Part shown: positions 62,260 to 64,000 of the stretch, piece by piece | How the letters are laid out: each line of letters starts with the position of its first letter | Numbering within the stretch: position 1 is the stretch's first letter | Source of the DNA: a virus | Taxonomy: Duplodnaviria > Caudoviricetes | Reading direction: 5' to 3' (one strand) | DNA length: 64,000 bases | IMG/VR virus record: IMGVR_UViG_3300031857_000014 | Program-made: the position numbers and the translations under genes | The notes under the pieces: model-generated | What the model was told of the DNA's origin: nothing | The model's database searches: none | Seen by the model: only the letters and a program-made list of their open reading frames with translations

Positions 62260-62265
62260 CAATTA

Positions 62266-62643
62266 TTAATTCAGAGAAATGAGTCGTTCAATTGACTTTC
62301 TCCTACTTCTTGGTAGAGTAATCTCTACTACCCCGTTTTCTACTTTACCCTTAATGTTTTTTTCATCAACATCTTCAGGTAAACGATAGGACTTTTTAAA
62401 AGAGTTCACAAAAGAATATGTTTTATCATCTGTTTCTTGTTTTTCATAAGACACAGTTAAAACATCATCTTTCAAAATAATCTTTATGTCCTCTTTTGAC
62501 AATCCGGGTACCGCTAAATTTATACGGTACTCGTTTTCGGTTGTTATTACATCTGATGACTTTTTGTTTTTTGATTGATAATTTCTGTCATCAAAGAAAG
62601 AATCAATCATCTCTTTGAATGGATCTCTGTAAGTTGTTAACAT
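62266..62643 (-). CDS. hsp20: Small heat-shock protein (Hsp20/alpha-crystallin)
   Basis: Y.I.LAVPGLSKEDIKI......LTVS...F.KSY.LP..VD..NIKGKVENGVVEITLP. Confidence 0.92.
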   Translation of the reverse strand: MLTTYRDPFKEMIDSFFDDRNYQSKNKKSSDVITTENEYRINLAVPGLSKEDIKIILKDDVLTVSYEKQETDDKTYSFVNSFKKSYRLPEDVDEKNIKGKVENGVVEITLPRSRRKSIERLISLN

Positions 62644-62798
62644 AATATATAAATTTTTGTAATAGAAAAATCAAATTTTGCACCTTTCAATATTATTATG
62701 ACATTTTTTCATATTTATCATAAATTAAGTGACATTTTGTCGATAATTTTTTATTTCAAATATTTTGAGTTATATTTTTTTGATAAAACTAAATTTTA

Positions 62799-64000
62799 AT
62801 GTCAGTAGATTTTTTTGAAGAAGGTCCAACTTCAAACCAAAAGAAAGTAAAAAAAGGTTCTAACACACCTATTTTAGATAATTTTTCAAGGGATTTGATA
62901 AAATTAGCTGAAGAGGGTAAAATAGATCCGGTAATTGGTAGAGATATTGAAGTAAAAAGAATTGCACAAATATTATCTCGTAAAAAGAAAAATAATGTGG
63001 TAATTGTTGGAGACGCGGGAGTTGGTAAATCTGCGTTAGTTGAAAAACTAGCACTTATGATTTATAAAAATCAATGTCCACCAAATCTTTTAGAAAAAAG
63101 AATTATGTCTTTAGATTTGACATCACTTGTCGCTGGTACTAAATATAGGGGTCAATTTGAAGAAAGGATTAAAGCAATTCTTAACGAACTACAAGAAGCA
63201 CCTAATGTAATTGTTTTTATAGATGAATTACATACCATGATTGGAGCAGGAAACGCAAGTGGTTCAATGGATGCTGCCAACATATTAAAACCAGCATTAG
63301 CTCGAGGTGAAATTCAATGTATTGGTGCAACCACATTTGATGAATTTAAGAAACATATCGAAAAAGATAGTGCCTTGGTAAGAAGATTTCAAAAAATAAT
63401 TCTAAAAGAACCAACACAATCTGAAACAGTTGAAATTCTTAATAATATAAAAAATTCTTATCAGAATTATCATAAAGTATCATATGAAGAAGGGGTTATA
63501 GAAACAATTGTAAAATTATCAGGTAGATACATTACAGATAGACAATTTCCGGATAAAGCAATTGATGTTATGGATGAACTTGGTTCCGAGAAAAAAGTTT
63601 CTGATAAAATACCTGATTCAATAGATAAGATAAAAAAACAAGCGGAAGAATTAAAAGAAAAAAAATTAGAAGTTGTTAAATCACAAAACTATGAATTAGC
63701 TGCAAAACTTAGAGATGAAGAAAGAAAAATTTTAACATCATTAGAAGAAGAAAAACAAAAATGGAACAACATTAAAAAAGAGAACAAAATCCCAATTTCT
63801 ATTGATGATGTTTATCAAATTATATCTCAAATGACGGGTGTTCCTATTGCAAAATTGGATAGTAAAGAAACTGAAAAACTTTTAAAATTAGAAGAAATAC
63901 TAAGTAATAAAGTTATTGGTCAAGATGAAGCAATTTCAATCATATCCAAATCAATTAGGAGAAATAGAGTTGGAATCAAAGACGCAAACAAACCAATTGG
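62799..64000 (+). CDS. clpC: ClpC-like Hsp100 AAA+ ATPase lacking the N-domain (3'-truncated)
   Basis: Not in track. MSVDFFEEG...IDPVIGR...[16 protein letters not shown]...[12 protein letters not shown]...FIDELH...LKPALARG...RRFQ; UVR-type middle domain [11 protein letters not shown]. Confidence 0.9.
   Translation, partial: MSVDFFEEGPTSNQKKVKKGSNTPILDNFSRDLIKLAEEGKIDPVIGRDIEVKRIAQILSRKKKNNVVIVGDAGVGKSALVEKLALMIYKNQCPPNLLEKRIMSLDLTSLVAGTKYRGQFEERIKAILNELQEAPNVIVFIDELHTMIGAGNASGSMDAANILKPALARGEIQCIGATTFDEFKKHIEKDSALVRRFQKIILKEPTQSETVEILNNIKNSYQNYHKVSYEEGVIETIVKLSGRYITDRQFPDKAIDVMDELGSEKKVSDKIPDSIDKIKKQAEELKEKKLEVVKSQNYELAAKLRDEERKILTSLEEEKQKWNNIKKENKIPISIDDVYQIISQMTGVPIAKLDSKETEKLLKLEEILSNKVIGQDEAISIISKSIRRNRVGIKDANKPI

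Overview
This is a very AT-rich, gene-dense segment of a large T4-like (myovirus-type) phage genome read with the standard genetic code. It holds almost the whole morphogenesis region: baseplate and tape measure (1-9518), tail chaperone, tube and sheath (9523-14271), neck genes, tail-fibre/accessory virion genes (23385-30289), baseplate spike, major capsid, scaffold, prohead protease, portal and terminase (47956-56848). Interleaved with these are a SNF2 helicase, family-B DNA polymerase, three glycosyltransferases, dUTPase, PhoH, a gp55-like sigma factor, ribosomal protein bS21, a ParB-like/nucleotidyltransferase fusion, KTSC, Hsp20 and a ClpC-like ATPase. The bS21 type, a DUF4494-like gene and the lack of obvious Shine-Dalgarno sites point to a Bacteroidota host (inference). 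The most notable sequence-level observations are: (1) a start-less +1-frame ORF opening at a UUU_CGC site at the end of the tail-assembly chaperone, a likely programmed +1 frameshift; (2) a near-consensus bacterial parS palindrome beside a CTAG-rich, inverted-repeat-bounded non-coding element (candidate origin); (3) a strand-specific TATTTATA late-promoter motif, the reverse complement of the T4 late promoter; (4) a protein with seven 47-aa repeats; (5) recurrent helix and L/I-x-E motifs in hypothetical proteins, suggesting protease-processed head cargo. All product calls come from motif recognition by eye; no database search was run. No tRNA, CRISPR array, intein or integrase was seen.
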